Source: Minisyncoccia bacterium | Lineage (GTDB): Bacteria > Patescibacteriota > Minisyncoccia > SW-4-49-11 | Direction of reading: 5' to 3' | Length of the DNA: 52,498 nucleotides | Assembly (NCBI GenBank): GCA_044356725.1 | Contig: JBIKVS010000007.1 | Location: 1-52,498, forward strand | Shown here: positions 49,404-52,498 of the stretch, piece after piece | Numbering within the stretch: the first letter of the stretch is position 1 | Layout: each line of letters starts with the position of its first letter | The notes under the pieces: model-generated | What the model was told of the DNA's origin: nothing | The model's input: the letters and a program-made list of their open reading frames with translations, nothing else | Database searches by the model: none | Translations under genes and position numbers: made by a program

Positions 49404-50255
49404 TTAGATTTTCTTTTTTATTTTCACTTGTTTATCTTTAATCTGTAGGTAGTTTTCTCTTGTTATTACTGATTTTCCTGTTTTTTCTTCTAACGCTTTT
49501 CTTGCATCTTTGGCAATTTTACCTCCTTTTATGGCTGGGAGTTTATTTTCTTCAAACCCTTGTGTTTGTTCTGTCTCTGCAATTTTTCTTGTAGAGAGTT
49601 CTGCTAATGCTGTAAATATTAACTCTTCTTCGCTCATATGATCACGGAGATTTTGTGTTTTTAAGTTTTTTAATTTTTTATGTTGTGTTATAGAGATATC
49701 ACTCCACTCCTGATGTATAATATTGGTTAGTATAGCGAATTCTGTTCCCTTTGCTACTCCATTTTGAGCCCAATAGTCTGTCAGTTTATTTCTTGTTTCT
49801 TGACCAATCATTCTCTGCTGTATCCATTTTTGGCTTTTTCCTTGCTTTTGCCAATATTCACGAGAGCGATTTAGGGCTTTTTCTGGATTGGTCATTTCTT
49901 CCATTCTTTCATATCCAACTTTAGCTAACCAAAGTTTTATTGGCTCGGCTTTTTTACTTGGAATTGATTGAATAAGTCTCAAGATTGTCTCTACATCTGC
50001 TACATCAGTTTTATAAAACTTACCATCTGATGACTGTAGTTTCAGTTTGTCACATTTTGTGACAATCTCACTTCCTTCTTTTTTTAATCTGTTTTTGAAT
50101 GTAGTCCAATAACTTTGAGCTTTTTTGAAATCTTGCTGCTCTGTTAATACTGCAATTATATCTATTATAGAAAAATACCAAGTTTCTGTATTTTGATTGT
50201 AGTGTCTACGGATTTTATATGTCTCAAAAATAGCAAGTGAATTATTATTTTTCAT
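49404..50255 (-). CDS. Bro-N domain/antirepressor-like protein
   Basis: WYFSIIDIIAVLT, LKLQSSDGKFYKTD, RLIQSIPSKKAEPIKLWLA, NLRDHM. Confidence 0.92.
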   Translation of the reverse strand: MKNNNSLAIFETYKIRRHYNQNTETWYFSIIDIIAVLTEQQDFKKAQSYWTTFKNRLKKEGSEIVTKCDKLKLQSSDGKFYKTDVADVETILRLIQSIPSKKAEPIKLWLAKVGYERMEEMTNPEKALNRSREYWQKQGKSQKWIQQRMIGQETRNKLTDYWAQNGVAKGTEFAILTNIIHQEWSDISITQHKKLKNLKTQNLRDHMSEEELIFTALAELSTRKIAETEQTQGFEENKLPAIKGGKIAKDARKALEEKTGKSVITRENYLQIKDKQVKIKKKI

Positions 50256-50282
50256 AATTTATATTTGTCTAATTTTATATTT

Positions 50283-50384
50283 GTATTATACCACATTTTT
50301 GCTTTTTTGAGGAGGGATTGGGGGAATTGTGAGTGGTGCATTGTGAATGGTGAGTTGTGAATGGTGAGCAATCCACCCCGTCCA
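50283..50384 (-). promoter_or_regulatory. Repeated promoter block, copy 4 of 5
   Basis: Minus strand reads CCCTCCTCAAAAAAGCAAAAATGTGGTATAATAC; six heptamer units at 50327-50368. Confidence 0.8.
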
Positions 50385-50790
50385 GCGAAGCTGTACACCC
50401 CTCAAGAGGGGAATTTTAATACAAAGTACAGGCGACTAGAAGGTCGCCCCTACTATATGGAGGGATAAACCCTCCGCTACGAAAAAAATCCACCCCGTCC
50501 AACTCAGTCCTCCCTACCCCGTCGCAAATGTCCTCCTCCGCCGTCGTAAATAGTATTTACTCCTTGAAAACCCACGGTTTCCAACACTCGGTCTTTGACC
50601 TCGTTGCCTTCCTTCACGGGAAAACTCCCGTTTTCCCGACCCCTTTCCCAAAGTCTAAAGCCTTTTTACGGTGACACCTCCCCCGAGGGAGGACAGAATG
50701 CAATCCACCCCCACCTTTCAGGCACCCCCTCCTAAAAGGGGGACAAAAGCTCAAGTTACAAAACACAGGCGACTAGAAGGTCGCCCCTAC
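50370..50790. repeat. Large composite palindrome cluster with two GTAG-REPs
   Basis: GGCGACTAGAAGGTCGCCCCTAC at 50431-50453 and 50768-50790, plus the other module types. Confidence 0.9.
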
Positions 50791-50847
50791 GATTCATAAT
50801 TGATTTTTCCAACATTCAAAAGTAGGATTGTAGATTTTGCAGTTATA

Positions 50848-51837
50848 TTATAATAATTTCTCTAACTCTGCCGCTAATTCTTCTGGTTTTGGTAAATATA
50901 ATTGATATTTGGACACGAACATTTGATTACTTATTCCACCCATAGCATATTCCATTTTTATATCGTGTTTTTCTGCACTTAGAATAATTCCGATTGGTTC
51001 ATTATCTCCTTCTGTATTCTCTTCGGTTTTGAAGTAATTAAGATACATATTCATCTGTCCAATATCTGTATGGTCTGCTTCTCCTATTTTTAAATCTATT
51101 AGGACAAAGCATTTCAAAATTCGATGATAAAAAACTAAATCTATATAATAATGTCTACTATCAAAACTGATACGAAATTGTCTTTTTACAAATGTAAATC
51201 CTATCCCCAGTTCTAACAAAAACATTTGTAAATTATCTATAATTTTTTGTTCCAACTCTGCTTCAGAATAATTATAGGCTTCTGGAATACCAAGAAAGTC
51301 TAAGATGTATGGTTCTTTTATAATATCTTCTGCTTTTTGAATTATTTTGCCTCTATGTGAAAGTTCTAAAATTTCATTCTTATCTTTACCAAGTGCTAGT
51401 CTTTCAAATAACATAGATTGTTTTTGTCTTCTGAGTTCTCTTATTGACCAATTTTCTATTATACATTGTTTTTCATAAAAACTACGGGTAAGATCATTTT
51501 CTATTTTTAATAGTTCAAAATAATGACTCCAGCTCAATTTGTGAGACAGTGTCTCACTTTTTGGAAACTTAATATATAATAGTCTCATATATGTTAGGTT
51601 GCTTCTACTAAAGCCTCTCCCATATTGTTTTAGTTCTCTTGAGAGTGAAGTTAGCAATTCCTTACCATATTCCGCTTTAATATTTCCTTTTTGTTCAAAT
51701 TCAACTATGGTTTTACCTATTTCCCAATATGTTTGTAAAAGTATTGTATTAACACTAGATAAGGCGGTACTCTTACCTTTTTCAAGTATCTTTGAAATAT
51801 TATTGGCTAAATTTTTATAATTACTTATTTTTGTCAT
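50848..51837 (-). CDS. YhcG/DUF1016 PD-(D/E)XK nuclease family protein
   Basis: YWEIG, GFSRSNL.YMR, LSWSHY, KEPYILDFL, FLLELG.GF.FV.RQ, IDLVFYHR.L....IDLK, GQMNMY; likely ATG at 51837. Confidence 0.95.
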   Translation of the reverse strand: MTKISNYKNLANNISKILEKGKSTALSSVNTILLQTYWEIGKTIVEFEQKGNIKAEYGKELLTSLSRELKQYGRGFSRSNLTYMRLLYIKFPKSETLSHKLSWSHYFELLKIENDLTRSFYEKQCIIENWSIRELRRQKQSMLFERLALGKDKNEILELSHRGKIIQKAEDIIKEPYILDFLGIPEAYNYSEAELEQKIIDNLQMFLLELGIGFTFVKRQFRISFDSRHYYIDLVFYHRILKCFVLIDLKIGEADHTDIGQMNMYLNYFKTEENTEGDNEPIGIILSAEKHDIKMEYAMGGISNQMFVSKYQLYLPKPEELAAELEKLL

Positions 51838-51860
51838 AGTTTTTATATTGTATATACTCT

Positions 51861-51936
51861 TATTATACCCCATTTTTACCTTTTTGAGGAGGGTGGGTAA
51901 AATTGTGAATTGTGAATGGTGAGTTGTGAGTTGTGC
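51861..51936 (-). promoter_or_regulatory. Repeated promoter block, copy 5 of 5
   Basis: Minus strand reads CCCTCCTCAAAAAGGTAAAAATGGGGTATAATA; heptamer array at 51903-51936. Confidence 0.78.
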
Positions 51937-52056
51937 TTAGACATGCTCTGTCACCCCCCACTGCTAATAATGTTTCAATATTGTTATAGTCTAAATCAAA
52001 AATTTTTCCTTACCTCATATATAATTTTGTTATGAGGTTTTTTATTTATTATATAT

Positions 52057-52088
52057 AAAAAAGCCGATATATCTGAATACCGGCTTTG
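52057..52088 (-). terminator. Terminator of the NblA-like gene
   Basis: AAAGCCG...CGGCTTT stem followed by a U-tract on the minus strand. Confidence 0.6.
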
Positions 52089-52106
52089 GAAAAATCATGT
52101 GATGAA

Positions 52107-52316
52107 CTATGAACTATCTTCTGGTGTAGGGATTTGTATGGGAGAGAGATTTTGACTCATCACCCATGCTGTAGCTGCTCTCTGAGATTGCCATGCCTGT
52201 AACAACTGCTTACATAACCCTCGTAATTCTTCAATATCAGTGGTAGCGTCAATTGCTCGAGTCATTCGCTCTAATTCAAACTTTTGTCCAATTGATAATT
52301 GCATTGGTTCAGTCAT
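52107..52316 (-). CDS. NblA-like small helical protein (picocyanobacterial type)
   Basis: P.QLSIGQKFELERM...D.....EELRGLCKQLLQAWQSQRAA..W.M resembles the NblA LS.EQ.F helix-loop-helix; promoter TTGACA-17-TAATCT at 52373-52345. Confidence 0.65.
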   Translation of the reverse strand: MTEPMQLSIGQKFELERMTRAIDATTDIEELRGLCKQLLQAWQSQRAATAWVMSQNLSPIQIPTPEDSS

Positions 52317-52498
52317 GGACTTACATATGCAAAGGACTATATTTAGATTACATTAATTATTATGTACTGTCAATATATTGTATAGGACGAATACATCGTG
52401 GAAAAATTAGAGAGGAAAGAGAAAGGAGATAAATAGTTAAGAGAAGTATGAGGACGTTTAGTATTATAATAGTAAATGTATTCTATTAAAGATTTGTT

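Noticed and set aside
905-51820. Many short antisense or overlapping ORFs in the track (e.g. 905-1114, 19909-20220, 21013-21402, 26064-26504, 29275-29817, 45001-45504)
   Set aside because: They are shadows of well-supported genes on the other strand or frame.
47274-51936. Possible CRISPR array or classical integron
   Set aside because: Repeats are not identical units with constant-length spacers; no cas or intI gene; no consistent attC RYYYAAC/GTTRRRY ends were seen.
40028-52316. Prophage (antirepressor-like and excisionase-like genes)
   Set aside because: No integrase, terminase, capsid, tail or replication genes.

Overview
AT-rich bacterial chromosomal segment, most consistent with a Patescibacteria/CPR genome (VirB2/TrbC-like pilin array, AU-rich leaders without Shine-Dalgarno, standard code with TGA as stop; taxonomy is inference). 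Core genes: pyk, htpX, lemA, pirin, sppA with an ABC exporter, an RND transporter, rarA, rpsL-rpsG-fusA, gyrA, gatB, def-fmt and tRNA-Ser(GGA). There are three accessory zones. (i) About 8.7-13.9 kb, downstream of tRNA-Ser: decayed genes and a broken 5mC restriction-modification pair whose middle is occupied by an intact SRA-Mrr nuclease. (ii) About 25.9-31.6 kb: six pilin-domain genes with variable Cys-rich or low-complexity extensions, one fused to a lambda-lysozyme-like domain. (iii) About 40-52.3 kb: three Bro-N paralogues, an orphan PemK/MazF toxin, a nuclease-helicase-methyltransferase R-M pair, YhcG/DUF1016 and a cyanobacterial NblA-like gene. Intergenic DNA is filled with a modular GC-rich palindromic repeat family (GTAG-REPs, a ~255-bp element with imperfect terminal inverted repeats, polar heptamer arrays). 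In zone iii, five genes from three unrelated families each sit behind the same promoter block attached to these repeats, like an integrase-less cassette array. All protein calls come from motif recognition by eye; no searches were run.
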